This document shows positions 48,498 through 62,949 of a stretch of 64,000 bases of DNA, piece after piece. Both the position numbers and the translations under genes were made by a program. A model generated the notes under the pieces. The model was not told the origin of the DNA, ran no database searches, and saw only the letters and a list, made by a program, of their open reading frames with translations. Numbering within the stretch: the stretch's first letter is position 1; each line of letters opens with the position of its first letter. The DNA is from Ginglymostoma cirratum (lineage: Eukaryota), in assembly GCA_024137785.1 (NCBI GenBank), contig JAHRHZ010000289.1:33147164-33211163 (forward strand), given 5' to 3'.

Positions 48498-49507
48498 AAC
48501 CATTTTCTTAAAGAACCCAGGAAGTTGTTTGCTCATGATCTCCCCTTCTGAAACCATGTTGTTAACTACAGTATTGTTATATAACTGGTGTCAGCTCATT
48601 CCCGATAACCAATTCCTTCCTTTTTATGGAAATGGGAGGCCCTGGTACAAAACATAAACCATTTTATGCATTCAGAATCAAACTAAATATTGTCAATGCT
48701 TTGTCAAGTTTCACTTAGAAAAAGCAGCAGACTTCTGATGTGTAATTGTTTTGATATAAAATACTGTTCTCTATTTAATTGTTTAATCTGTTTAGAATGA
48801 GTGGTTGAATTAAATGGGCTGTGGGACAAAGATTTGCAAATTGGCATTTCTTATCATCTGCAATTTAGAGAAATTCTCATCCAAGCATGATCGTGATCTG
48901 AACATAATAAGGCTGGTAAATTAGTAATGTGCTTATGAGAATTTGACTAATAAAACACAGCCTCTGGTTTTTTAATGGTCACTGGTTGTTATATAGTCTC
49001 AACAGAGCCAACGATACACTGGAATAATTCTATTAAAGTCAAGTACCAAAAAACTTCAAGCAGAAATTCTTTGTGATCGGCTGAACAGGACAGGGTCCGT
49101 ACATTTTCAAGAGCGACAATATTGTGTTAACTTATCACAATAAGTTGCTGTGTCCCTCTGCTGACCCTGCCTTGACTCAATTCTTACTGTCATCCTGACA
49201 ATGACAGATCTCCTGATACATTGTAGTTGGGGAGAGTGAGGGCACTTGTACTCATACAGCACCACATCTTTCTGAATTATTCTAAAATACTATTGTGCAA
49301 TTTCCTTTAGAATACAATAACTGAGTTGCACATCCACAAATACAGCAGATCACTGGCATTGCCAAATGATTTCGGCAAAGTCATCCAGCAATGACTTTCT
49401 TCATTTTCAACCTCAAAAGACAAACTGATTATAGCTGTTTCATTTGGTGACGTTGGTCACAGTAAGCTGTCTCAACCAGGAGATGTTCTTGCTCATCTTC
49501 CAATTGA

Positions 49508-49860
49508 AGGGAGGTGACAGCCTAGTGGCATTACCACTGGACTGTTAATCCAGAGACCCAGGTAAAATTTCAGCAAACCAGGTTTGAATCCTGCCATGGC
49601 AGATGGTGAGATTTGAATCCAATAAAAATCTGAAATTAAGACTCTAATGGTGATCATGAATCCATTTTCAATTATTGTCAAAACTCATTTGATTCATATT
49701 TAGGGAGGGAATATTCCATCCTTACCTGGTCTGGCTTACATGTGATTCCAGACACACAGCAAAGTGGTTGACTCTTAGCTACTCTCTGGGCAAATAAGGA
49801 TGGGCAATAAATACTGATCCAGCTGGTGATACCCTCATCCCGTGAATGAATAAAAAAAAA
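49508..49860 (+). mobile_element. tRNA-derived SINE (same family as 3932-4290)
   Basis: Full-length homology, A-tract at the 3' end. Confidence 0.9.
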
Positions 49861-51496
49861 CATAGAAATTTTAGGATAAACCTGAACAGGTGAGAATGGA
49901 CAGATAGGACTTTGGTTTACGTTTACATCTGAAGAACCATATCTCCAAAATGCAAATTAGTGATATTTGTTTGTTAGAAATACTAATTACAGATTAGTTG
50001 TCCTTAATGTTACATTGAAGGGTCAGCATGAATTATGTGCATAAACCCCAATGAGAAAGACTGCTACTCAATTTGTAACATTACAGATTTTGTTAAGCAA
50101 GCACAAATAATTAAGGTATAATTTTGCTTAGATCTTGACTTTTTGTGAAATCATATCCCCAATAAGTCTCTAGGTTGGTGTGCAAAGATGTTACATCAAT
50201 TGCCTTATATTCCATACAGTCACATACAAGCTGTTCTGTATTCATGTAACTCAAAGAATTAACAATTTATCTGAAGAAAACCACACTATTATTTGTTGTC
50301 ATTAGAAAAATCACAAAATGCCCACTCCATTTGGGATAATCAAGTTCAATTTCTAATTACTTGATGTCAAAGTCATAATGAAAGTAATTACACCTGAGCA
50401 CTCATCAATACTGACCTCAAGTGTAGAAGCTTCTACCAATCCCCTTATAAAATTTTGTGAAATATAATTTAAATTATCGCTACTTTACAGTACTATAAAG
50501 TAACAGTTACGGTCAGTGCTTCACATAAATTCAAAAATTGTTAAGCTGTGTTTCTGCAATTTGAGAGTCTCTGAATCTCTTAGCTTCTATGCAATCCAAC
50601 AATTGCCCAGGTCAAGTACTTTATGCAAACTGCAGTCAAAATCTCTGAAGAGAAAATGAGAACGAAGTTACAGAACTTGCTGAAACCAGGATAAATTTCA
50701 TTACTCATTGCACTGCTAAGTGTCAACTTATTCTGCAATTGAAGTATTGTCGTTAATCACCTTTGCCTAAAACAAGTGAACATAGAGGAGGTCACAAGCC
50801 ATTGTTTAAACCGATATATACATAAATTGAACAGGTCATTTGAAATGGACTTGCTTTTGTGGGGATGGAAACAAGAGGATTCAAGATCACATTCTCCAAA
50901 CTAACTAACACCTGTAGCACATTTGTACTTATTCTAAGTAACAGATTTTCAAGAACATCCATCAAACTGTTGAAAACACAGTCTGGTTAAATGTTAATTG
51001 GGTTTTAAAGAAATGGATCACTAGTTTTAAAGAAGAAAGGACAGCTGCGTGGCATTCAAGCTGAAATGCTGTTTTAGGTGTGTCAGGTTTAAAATAAATA
51101 GCTCTGCAGTTTATGCAGGGGGGATTGCATGCTCAAGAGTGCTCTTATTTCACCAGCAAGCCCTTGGCTGAGACCAGCTCATATGAATGAAATCAAAACC
51201 TTCCACACTGAACTGTGTTTAGCTGGACATGCAAAACCTCTCTCACATGTTTCATACCCCTGAAAAGAAATTGACATATAGATTCCACAAGGGTTATTCA
51301 CCAATTCATATTTCTAAATATAACATGATGGAGCACTAATCTTCAATTCAGAAACAAAGTCGAGGCACCAATGCCTTTTCTAGCTGTATTAGCCTGATTC
51401 TTCTATCACAGCTTCTCTCTCACGTGCACAATGCTCTGATGAAATATACAACTGTTAGGGGTGGGAAGAAAAGGTAAGATTGTTTACCCTTTTTCA

Positions 51497-51810
51497 CAGA
51501 ATCCTTACCGTGTGGAAGCAGGCCATTCGGCTCCTCAAGTCCAGACCAACCCTCCGAAGAGCATCCTACCCAAGACTCACTCCCTACCCTATCCCTGTAA
51601 CTCTACACTCTCCATGGCTAATCCACCTAACCCACACATCCCTGGGTGCTATGGGCAATTTAACATAGCACTTCTACTTAATCTGCACATCTTTGGACTG
51701 TGGAAGGAAACAGGAGAAACCCATGCAAGATATGCAAACTCCACTCAGACAGCCGCCCGAAGTTGGAATTGAACCTGGGTTGCTAACAACTGAGCCACTG
51801 TGCCACCCCA
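51497..51810 (-). mobile_element. HE1-type SINE
   Basis: Collinear with 10541-10862. Confidence 0.88.
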
Positions 51811-53444
51811 CCTTTGACTGATTCACAGTTGGACATATTTGTTTATTTAAAGGAAAAGATCGTTTAAACCCCTTGAAGGCTGCGTCATAGAATCATGCAG
51901 CACAATGGCACATTGAGTCTGGATGACCAGAGATGGCAGTGATCCTTACAAAAGCAGACAAATGACCGAATTTCTTGTAAGTTTATTGTAAAAACAAAAA
52001 TGTTATTTTTTAAAAGTCAAATACATCAGCAGTGGCAGCATTCACTCATTCATTCACTCACTCACTCAAGCACACACTTTCATTTGTATAAAGAATTAAA
52101 ATTCATTGCAAGCCTGATGATTCTCTTTAGATTTACTAAAGAAATGAAGGCTTGAAGATTTTGGCAATGAATTCGAGGTGGCTTACTTCTTCGTACCAGT
52201 TCCCTGGCTTAACTTCAGTGTTGTTGAGCCCCGACAGCAAATCGCGAGATAAAAGGTTTGCCTCACTTCTCCATCTAAAATTTGATTCACAGCAGGGCAT
52301 TCCCTTTGTTGTTTGAGGTCTCTTCTGTTTGAGTCTCACTTTCTGTACTGATTGACAGAGGTAGCTCACAAAAATATCTGTTAATAAATGTTACTATCAC
52401 AAGAAGTTTTGTCAAGTGACCATTGTCTCTGTTTTCCCATTGTCAACACAATGGTCCCTGAAGATTTGAACACTGAAACTCAATCGGGTTTGAATTTCAG
52501 CCATTTCCATTTGCTTATGATAGAATGGGTTCTCCTCACACATATTCTGTAGAATTCCATTCTTCAGCTATTAGATCCATGGGACCATTGCGTGCCTACT
52601 AGTTGTTGTGGTTAGTTGTACAACAGCAGCTGTTAAATCGACGGGAAAGATCTGTTGCATTTTAATGTCTTTTCAATGGAATGTCCCAAAAGGGTTGTTT
52701 TACATTATAATGTCCTGACAAGACAAGCAGGCTAACTTCCAGCCTTGGGTAGTTCCTTGTACGTTGGCAGACAAGGAGGGTCACTTGACCTCTCAACTCC
52801 ATCTTGTTTTGATGCAGATTTTCCAATTCTCTTGTTGATGTAAACAATGTTTATTTGCCACAAATCCATGGGTATAATTGCACCGTTGCGACACATTGTC
52901 TCACATATCCTGAATATGCTCCTTTCCAAAAGAAACAGGGTCATAGTTAGGTCAAAACTTAGCACAAAAACAAATAACTGCAACTCCCACGAGCCACTGT
53001 GCAATCTACCACAACACATAAGGACAGTACAATGATTTTTTTAGGCTGAATCAAGAGAAGCAAATAGACACAGCGCAACTCCCACAGACTATTGCAAGCT
53101 TCAAATTCCAGTCTTCAACTCCATAGTCGCCTCAAACACTGTACATTACTTTTGAACCCCAATAACTGGTAACGTAAATGGCTGTAGTCCAAACCTGTCT
53201 GCTTGGGAGAGACAAGTTGTTAAAAAAAAACTTGAAGAATTCAAATCTATGTAAGCGTAAAGCAGACATTTATGAACATAACATTCAGTACAGGTACAAC
53301 ATTCAGATATGACAATCTAGTAATTTAGCTAACTGAGCTAACCAACGTCCACAGCAACACTCATGGGAATGCTCACCAGTTAACAGTATTGATGTTTTTT
53401 TTTCTGTTGAGGTGAATGTAAAATGTTGATGGGCAAGAGCACAA

Positions 53445-53950
53445 AAATATGTATGTGTCTGATAAGGCCAGACTTTATTGCCCACCCTTGACTGTTCTTG
53501 AGGAGATGGTGATAGACCATATTTTCAAACCACTGTAGTCCATGTGGTTCAGGTGCACCCAGAGTGCTGTTAGGGAGGGAGGTTCCGAATTTTGGCCAGC
53601 AATAACGAATGAATGAATGACAATATATTTCTAAGGTAGATGGTGTGTGACTCAGAGGGGAACTTGCAGATGGTGAGCAATGTTGCAGCCCTTGTCCTTC
53701 TAGGTAGTACGGGTCACATGATTGGGAAGTTGGTGACGAAACCTTGCTGAGTGGCCACAGTGCACCTTGTAGATGATACATACTGCTGCCACTACGCACC
53801 AGTGAGAGAAGTTTAATGGTTGTGTTTGGGGTACCAATTAAGTCAGCTACTTTGTGCTGATGCCAGTGTCTTCCTTGAATGTTTTTGTAACTGGACACAT
53901 CCAAACAAGTGCAGAGTAGCTTTTCATTCTCCAGACTTGTGCCTCATCAA
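53445..53950 (-). mobile_element. CR1/L2-group LINE 3' end
   Basis: Reverse-complement homology to 17800-18887 (ctttattgcccaccc, gaacttgcagatggtg, gtgcaccttgtagat). Confidence 0.8.
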
Positions 53951-54319
53951 AAAGAAAAACAACCTTACCTTTCCCTGTCATTAAATGCCTCTTTCGCGTT
54001 TTACAGCCAATGAAATATTTTTGAAATGTAGAAAACCTTGTGCATAGCAGAAAGGCACAGACATGGACTGAAAGATGCAAGGACTATTAATGAAGTGAAC
54101 TTTTGCACACACCACCTAAATAGGAGCTCAAAGCCCCATCAAATGTGAATCCAAAATTAATCATTAATTAACTAGTCTAGTGAAAGTTCTCATTTATCTC
54201 TACACAGATGCACACTGATCTGCTAAGTACTTTGGATTTTAAAATACCAATCTCACTTAAATTATAGCTTATGCAGCAAAAAAATAAAATTCTCATATCT
54301 AATAGAGGACCTGGTACAA

Positions 54320-55550
54320 TGCGTGGCTGTTGTTTGTAAGGCCAGCATTTATTGCCCATTCCTAATTACCCTGGAGAAGGTGACACTGAGCTGCCTTTTT
54401 AAACTGCTGTTGCGTAGGTACGCTGAAAAAAATGTGAGCTCTAGAATGTTGACCCCGCAAGAATAAAGAAGTCTTGTCAGGATGGTGAAGGTCACCCAGT
54501 TTTGAAGACGCTGCTCATGGACCATTGGTGAGTTGCTGCAGCGCACCTTGCAGATGTTACTGACTGCTGTCACTGGTGTGACGTGAATGTTGAAGGTGTT
54601 AAGTGGGGAGTCAATCAAGCAGGCTTCTTTGTACTGAAAAGCGTTGAGCTTCTTCACTACCATTGAAGCTGCATCTAATCAGGAAGGCAGTCAGTGATCC
54701 ATCACACTTTGGCTTCCCTTGAAGATGGTGGCCAAATTTTGAGGAGTCACAATGTGAGTTATTCACTACAGAATACCTAACTTCTGACCTGCCCTTGTAG
54801 CAACATTAATTTTGCTGGTCCAGTTCAGTTTCTGGTCGATGGTAACTCTCAGAATGTTGATAGTGCATATCCAGTAATAATAAAGCCATTGAATGACAAA
54901 TTGTGATGGTTGGATTCTCTGATCGGATATAGTCATTGCCTGGCACTTGTGTAGAGTGAGGGTTACTTGCCATTTATTGGCCCAAGAATGGATGTTGACC
55001 AGGTCTTGATGTGTTTGGAGACAGAGTGCTTCAGTATCTGAGGAGTTGTGAATGGCACTGAACAGACTGAACTCATCAGCGGAAATCCCTACTTCTGACC
55101 TCATAATGGAGGGAAAAACATTGATGAAGTAGCAAAAGATGTTTCTGTCTCGGATATTGCCCTGAGAAACTCCAACAATGTGCTGTGGCTAAGGTGATCA
55201 ATCTCCAATAATCAGAACTATGTTTCTCTTTGCTAGGTAGGACTCTAGTCAGTGGAGAGTATTCTGCCCTAATATCTATCAATTCAATTTTTGCAATGAT
55301 CCCTTGGAATCACACTCTATCAAATGTTGGATTGATCTCAAGGGCAGTTACCCTCACACTTCCTCTTGAATTCAGCTCCTTTATTCATGTTTGGACTAAT
55401 TTTATAAGGAGTTCAAGAGCTGAGAGGTCTTGATAGAACCCAACTGAAAAGTCAATGAGGAGGTTACTGCAGAGTAAGTGCTGCTTGACAGCACAGTTGA
55501 TTGCATGTTGGTTGATAAGTTGAAAATTGGCTGGATTGGATTGGATTGGA
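54320..55550 (-). mobile_element. CR1/L2-group LINE RT and 3' end, decayed
   Basis: SEVGISADE..QDLVNIHSWANKWQVT...KCQAMTIS and VKQHLL.SNLL.D homologous to 16646-18887. Confidence 0.85.
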
Positions 55551-57743
55551 TGTTTTATTTCAGAGACCTGCTGACCAAACAGCTTACAACCACCCTGTTC
55601 CGTCAGTGCCATCAGGGTATGTCAGGTAGTTCCGGGGGTCAAACTAGGGTCAGGTGGTCGGTCTTAGAAGGATGCGAGTGTTCACCACATTTTAGTAGGT
55701 GGTCTGACTGCACCATTCGCGGGAAATTTCCAGCAGATGTGGTTGATGACTCTTAATTGCCCATTGATTAATGTTTTCCATTGGCCTTTGGGGAAGTAGA
55801 CCATCTGAATCTCCTCCATTGCATGTCAAATGCCCCCTTGTCACTGTTGCTGGGGTATCCAATTTGTGGTACCAACCTCGCTCACCCCTCACCATCCCCC
55901 AAATCTTCTACAACCTTCTTGCCATATCCCTTGGAGTTCCACTCTTCATATCAAGGTTGGAATGACATTGATATGAGCAGTACAAAGTGTTATTTTCTTG
56001 TAATACACTCCGAAACATTTCAGTCTCAATGTATTGTACTTCAGCAAAATACATCCCTGAATTTAATTGATAATGTGATTAATTCTTACAACACAAGTCA
56101 GAGGCAGTGTGACTGGGCCTTACATCCTGCACACTTTCTGTGAGATGAATCAATATTTTGACAACCAGATGCTGTTACCAAGAAAACACAGATTAAATGC
56201 ATGCTACAGAGAGAGAGAAGAGAGAGAGAAACATGGCTTAAGAGCACCAGAACTGATATGATGAGTAATAGAATTTATCAGATGAAAATGTCAGTTTTAA
56301 CCGTACATCAAAAACAAGACTTTCTTCCACAGGTGATCTTTTGAAACTTTATGAAACTGGCAATTTAGTTGAAAAGTTGCCAACTTAGTAGCAACGGACT
56401 TTGAAACTGAGAGTTTCATTCTTTTTGATTGCCTTCCTAATCCATTTTGCTCAGTGACATGAAGTTTCAATCCCATTGAAGGAGAAAATGCTGATCTGAT
56501 CAACCTGTGTACAGATCCGAACACAAAAATACATCATACAATGTTGAATGTAGTAATAGATAGAGTCGGAAGAAGATTTGTCACCAGCATCCTTCTGAAA
56601 AGTTACTAAAAATATTTTTTTTTTCTGTCCAATTTTAATATGACTGTGAAGAATACCCAAGACTGATAGTGGATGAGAACAGGATTATTGTAATTTGGTC
56701 TGATTTGAGCTCGACATCAATAGCAGATTAGGTTGTTGAAGCACAAAATGCTGCTGTCTGGAGTATTTGTTTTCAGTAGCATTCCCAGGTACCCTCTGAT
56801 GTTCACAATAAGCCCTGAAAGTTTGCAGAAAGTCTTGAGAAATGCAATGGTAAATCCATTAAAGGTCAGTTATTGTAACACAGTCATGTAGCCTTCCACG
56901 TGAGAAGCAATAGCTGCAGGAGTTATTAATGCCAACCATGCACCAATGTTGCTTTGACATTTTCACACAAATATTTGCTGTCTCAGCAGTAAATAAATGG
57001 ATACAGTAAAGAGAAATGCAGAGCCACAGAATGACTTGTTTCTTACAGGGGAATGGATTGGGGAATTGTGAAGGGGTTGAAGTCAGATGACTAACCGTAA
57101 AAAAAAGGCTGAGGGGGTAATGGCTATATTTGACTTTAAACGATTAGCAAGTTGTAATTTGTTGCATGGATGGCGTTTAAAGTCTAACCAAGCAAATTTC
57201 GGACATACATCCATGTCTAAGCTGTCTACTTTTGGCTTTAACTGAGGCCAAAAATCTAAGTGAAAGGCCAGTCCACTCTAAAGTAGCAGGGAGGTACTTT
57301 AAATATGATAACAAGACCACATGCCTCATTGACATCAGCTTTCTGACCTTAACTCCATTTTGCCAGGTTTCTTGATCATTGAGAGGTCAAACAATTACGT
57401 TCAGGTGATGGCTCCAGGAGGTGAATGCCTTTCCACTTTCCTCCTGGATCCAGCTAACATGCATAAAGAAATATAGCGATGGGCTCTCCCATCCCTATCC
57501 AAACCCTCCAAGGCTAGTGAATACAAAAGCATACTATTCCTGCCAGCTATCTGACTCTAGACCTTGCAGGTTTCCAATCCATTCCGCCAAATGTCAGAGG
57601 CTTCCCAACCCCCAAACCCTCTGGACCCACCCTAAGGACCTAACATTTTCCTCTTGGATGCCCTTTCCAGGCCTTTGATTTCCCTGCCGGGAGTCCCAGA
57701 ATCCTTGTTCAAAGCTCAACCTGGTTCCTGGATTCAACTACAC

Positions 57744-57974
57744 TGGAATTTGAAATAACTCCATGAAGTCTGGTATCCCAACACAAAGTGACATGTGCAT
57801 AGTCCTTGACACTGATCCAGCTTCCTCAGAGCCAGCTCTCAAAGTGAACATAACCTCTGACACTCCTGTTTATTCCTATCAGCCAGGGCGTCCTGATTGG
57901 ACCAGATTAACAGCCCCAATCAGGGAACTCTTTTCTTTGAGGTACACCTGGCTAACCTCATTATAATCACTACG
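57744..57974 (-). mobile_element. Solo LTR-like element, second copy
   Basis: Shares gaaataactcc, gcttcctcagagccagctctc, cctgattggaccag.ttaacagccccaatcaggga and atcactac with 29333-29571. Confidence 0.75.
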
Positions 57975-58619
57975 GAACCATTACCACTCAAGTAATTTAT
58001 TTTGTTCTCCAATTTACGTTCTACTGTTTTCAATATTTTTTATTGTACGTACCTTTGCTTTATTTTCCTTCTTCCCTTCCCCCTTCAACTTCTTTACTTT
58101 TCATTTCCATGTTTATATTTATCTTTGAGGCTTTCCAATTTTTTTTATAGATTGCATTTATTGTGCATATGAATGTTGCATATTAACTTCAAAATGGCAC
58201 TTTAAAATCACATTACACAAATGTTTTGGATAGGGTGGTATTGGGCATATGAGACTATTGCCCAGAGAGAGCCGCACTCAATCCAATTGTCATGTGGAGA
58301 GGAACCTAAACTCAACCCTTTTGAAAGTCATGTGACAGTTCACATACCTAGACAGAGGTAAAGGAAAAACTGCATTTTGCATGCAGAGATGTACAGATAT
58401 GGAGGGAGACAGAGAAAAAGCAGCTACTGCTTTCAAAAACAGGGTCAAGAAAAGGTGATTCCATGCTAGCAGATAGACAGAATATATATAAAAACTGTTC
58501 TTTTTCATAAGAAGACTTCTGGAGATTTAGGGATCAGGAGTTCCTAAAGTAGTCCTTGCTGGTAACACACTCAGGTTAATTAGAACAATTTTTGAAGGAC
58601 TGTGTGAAATCAATCTCAG

Positions 58620-59095
58620 GGAGAAATAAACCTGTTGGAAAGCTAGGAGTAACTTATGTATTGTTGAACACTTGCCAAGAGTGCAATACCAGAACTAATC
58701 TTCTTGGAGAGAAGGAGGTGGAAAGGAAAGCTGAAAGAAGTTGTCACAATCATGTTACATCTGGATTGAATACACAAGGAGAAACTGTTCCTGCGTGTAA
58801 ATAGATGGAAAACAAAAGGACACAAAATCAAACTGAGCTGCATAAAATGCAAATCCACTATAAGAAAAATAAAATGTTTTTCACAAGGGTTTTGGGTCTG
58901 GAATGTATTGCCTGAAAGTGTTGTGAATGCATGTATCATTCAAGAGAGCAAGAGACCTGTTATTTAAATAGAAACAATGCGTGAGGGTATTGAGAATAAA
59001 GCAGGAAAATAGCACAAAGTCATGGTGCTCATTTGGAAACTGTGCAGACAAAGGTGAGTCAAAAGGGCTTCTTCTTCATTGTAACATTTCTATGA
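58620..59095 (+). mobile_element. Old CR1 3' fragment
   Basis: ggagaaactgttcct..aaggacacaaa..tttttcacaagg..tctggaatgtattgcctgaaagtgttgtg matches the CR1 TRGH..FF.QRVV..WN.LP region. Confidence 0.65.
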
Positions 59096-60049
59096 GCTTC
59101 CTGCAGCACAGGATGTCTCAAAGTCTTGTCCTTCCATTATTTCCATTAGTCATTAGGCGTATCAGCTTTTTTAAAATGTAATTGATGTGTAGAGGGCTCA
59201 TAAAAATATTATGTCTGGTCTTTAGTCATCTCTCAAGCTTGTGACAACAGCCATGCAGCCTCTTAAGTTTGTTCGACTATTCAATGAGATCACAGTGGAT
59301 CTGTTTCTAAACTCCATCCACTGATCTTGGTCCCCTAACAATGTAATATATCCATTAAAGCCAACCAAGTTTATGCTGATGCAAATGCAAAGGAAGGATT
59401 CAGTACAGTGGCTTCGGTTTAAGAATTAAGTTGTTATTGATTACAAAAGTGTTCTTTTTTTAATCTGGGAATTCCATTGAATGGAAAATTATGCTTCGAA
59501 AACATTTATTGCAAGATTACTACAGACAGCGGTAATTATTGCATGAACTACATAAATAGCAATTAATTATTAGTATGATTGAAGCTTATTATACCAGATC
59601 TCCAATGTATCACTTTATATAACTATATACTGCTGCTTTCATTGATTGTAAATTCTTTTCGGTATTTACGTACATTCTTTCTGAATGAGTAGTATTCAGC
59701 TGGTTGACATACGGGACTGAATCTTAGAATTTTTTTTAGCTAAGTCAGAATTGTATCCCTTTATTGGGAAAATTTTTCGTGGTGAGGCCTAATGGGTTTA
59801 ATCACCATTTGTTACCAAACTCACCTTATTCACTACCAATCACACATCCATTACATCCTATTCTAGCCCCACCTTGCCACGCACTGTACCTGGAACAACT
59901 CGCCACTGCCAGGATATCTTGGAATTAACCAGCAATCCTTATGACAACATCCTTAAAAGCATGTTGTTCCCTAGACAAGCAATGTCAACCCACATCTGCC
60001 TGGCATAGCTGCGGACATTTGCCCCGGGAATAGCAGATACCCAAACATT

Positions 60050-60250
60050 TGAGGCCCTGCAGGTTTGCTGTGGACGGGTAGTGCACAAATGAGTTGCCTT
60101 CTTATCCTAGGTCGAACAGAGGAGGCCATAAAACTAGACCATGCCAACCTGGTCTGAGGTTGTGACCTGGGTTAAAACACTCAGAACCATCTGGAGGAAT
60201 GTCAAGCACAGTAGGAAGAAGGCCAGCTACCTTCTCCATTTTGCCAGCAT
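60050..60250 (+). pseudogene. Harbinger Myb/SANT-like (NAIF1-type) ORF remnant
   Basis: RRP...MPTWSEVVTWVKTLRTIWRNVKHSRKKASYLLHFA resembles the Myb_DNA-bind_5 pattern W.EVA..V......R...QCRKK..DL...A. Probably part of an element spanning ~59715-60700. Confidence 0.6.
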
Positions 60251-60807
60251 AAGTATCGCCATCTTCTCCATGACACGTCACACCCACTCTATTTCAGCTA
60301 CTGCACACAACTCCCACAAGATTCATGCTTTACTACTCTTATTATTACATACAACATCTTCCTCATTTGCTCTCACACACTCCAACACCCAAAAACACTA
60401 ACAGTAAACATCCTCTGTGCTGCCTACTCACATACTCAGGCCACATCCCCAGCCGCCTTACAAATAACAGCTGTGTCACCCACATTTATTTCCCTTAATA
60501 CCTGCTTCGGTCTCATTCCAGGAGGAACACAGTCCACTATAGGACAGGAAGAGTCTCGGTGGGTGCTAGGTTTCTTGACATTCTGCTGCCATTCCTTATG
60601 TGGAGTGCATTCTGACTCAAACCACCCCAATTGGTTGACTGTTTCCAAATCCCTTGACGATGTCGGAGTCTGACCTTGACTTACTGTACTTGTACCCCTG
60701 ACTGGCAGGAAAGGCAGCATCAAACAAAGAAGATTTAGATGACATCCATTTTGAAAATGCATGATGCTCAGCCACTCCATGTTTTCTAGTTGCATTGCTA
60801 CAATTTT

Positions 60808-60935
60808 TGTTTTATTCACTCATTCAAGGGATGTGGGTGTCCTTGATAAAGCCAACATGTACAGCTCTTGCTCATGTTCCCTCGAGAAGATGAAGCGGAG
60901 ACACTTTCTTGAATCTTTGCAGCCTGTAGGCATTA
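60808..60935 (-). mobile_element. CR1/L2-group LINE tail fragment
   Basis: tttattcactcattcaagggatgtgggtgtcc..gccaacat..ccctcgagaagatg. Confidence 0.55.
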
Positions 60936-62617
60936 GAATGATCACTTTCTCTAAGGAGAGTATTTCTCAGACCCAAGCACTCAGATGCACAAGCTAAGGT
61001 GTTTCAAATTCTCTATGAAAACTTATGCATCATTAGCTTCAGCATTCAATGTGAATTTATTGTTAGTAAACTGAATGTAGTTATAACGACTTTAGAAGAT
61101 CAGTTTTGGGTCAACTTTTGAGAGTAAAAGGGAGCAGGGTTTATGAACTATGGTCGAGGCAGTTGCATGCTAAGTGTTAATTGGCTCCATCATGTTGAAA
61201 ATGCAGAAGAATAGCATACTGGCACTGTGAATAAGCAGCTTGACTGAAGACCCTAACCTAGTGCCTTCCTGTCAAAATACTGGCTACGTCCCCAGGTAGC
61301 ATCCCCTCAACTGTCTTATTTCTTTCTCATTATCTCCTTTGTACTTCCCATTTCCATCTGTTTGTCTCATTTTTTATGTCACTGGAAAGGTTTTGATGCT
61401 TATTTGCGCTTTACATTTTACTTAAAACCATTAACCACAGTTAATAACCTGTAAAAGCTGTGCTTGATTGAATACAATGGGTTTACATTGGCATTAAATT
61501 AGTATATCATGACCCCATCAAAAAATATTGAAACAATAAGCTTGTCTGTATCCTTAGTTGCTCAAGACCCTATGAAATGTGCCACATCATCATTCTCTGT
61601 GTTTCTTAAAGGCTTTATATTAAGTAGCTGACTCGCGACGGATATTGTTCCATTTCATGCTGCACTGTCCAGCAATAAACAGCACTGTTACAGGCTAATA
61701 GTAATTGAAACCATCAGTTCCCTCAGATTAGAGTTTTCAATTGCTAAGACAGTTGAAGTCTAATTGATGAACTCCTTATTGTAGTTATTAGAATGCTGCA
61801 ATAAAAAAATTATGCCACTTACAATTTGCAGTATGAAACTAACTGCTTATTGCTGTTTCGTACAACAGCAAAAAACTAATAGAAAAACTCAGCAAGCCTG
61901 GCAACATCTGTGGCAAGAGAGAAAGATAACATTTCAGGTTAATGACTTTTTATCGGAATACTGTCATGTGACACTGTCCAGTTTTGCATCAGCTCCTATG
62001 CATATACACACATCGTACACAGGTTGGGTAAATCTGATCCTGCACTGCTCGTGTGTGTGTGCACTGTAGCAATTCTTATGTCAAATGGGTACTGCACATG
62101 ACTTTATCATACTGTTTGGTTCCAACTTGTCAGAACAAACTGCGAGTTTACATAATCTGTGTCTTAACAAGACATTCTCTGCATTGTTGAGACCGAGAAA
62201 ACATATCGTAGGATGAAGAAAAGGCTGAAAAGTTTTCACCATTGCTGTCTCACATGTATCCTTGGCATCTCTCAGTAAGACAAGGTCCCAAATTCAGAGG
62301 TGCTAGAACACGCTATTTCCCTCAGAAGATGGTGAACATTGAGGCTGACTGCTGGGAGATAGTCACTGATGCTGTGGCTTCTGACGGCTGGTTGTTTGAA
62401 AGGACATTTCTAAGATGTGAATAGAATAAAATTGAGTTGGTCAAGTAGGGGGCCTAGAACAAAGGAGGCCAGCAAATCATGCATCCTCTCAGCTGGCTGC
62501 CTTCCTCTACAACCAATGTAGCAGAGGCTGCTATGCCGAAGTGTGGTTCCAGAGCCATTTCAGGCAATGCTTAATGCTGAGTTGGCCAGAAGCCATTTGA
62601 AAAGGGACCTCACAAAA

Positions 62618-62946
62618 GATTCAGCCCATCAAGTTCACACCAACTCTGTAAAGGACATCCCCCCCAGACCGATCCCATTATCCTATCCCTGCAATCCTGC
62701 GTTTTTCCCAAGGCGACTCCACCTACCCTACACATCTCTGGATGCTTTGGGCAATTTAGCACAGCAAATCCACCTAACCTGTCCGCCTTTGGATTGTGGG
62801 GCGAAACTGGAGCCACCCAAAGTAACCCACGCAGACACAAGAAGAATATGTAAACTCCACACAGACATTTGCCCAAGTTTGGAATTGAAGCCAGGTCCCT
62901 GGTGCTGTGAGGCAGCAGTGCTAACCACTGACCCACCGTGCCACCC
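62618..62946 (-). mobile_element. HE1-type SINE
   Basis: Minus strand ggtggcacggtgggtcagtggttagcactgctgcctcacagc; collinear with the other copies. Confidence 0.88.
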
Positions 62947-62949
62947 ACA

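Noticed and set aside
56400-56620. Possible coding exon
   Set aside because: Open frames exist on both strands, but there is no recognisable protein and no convincing donor site.
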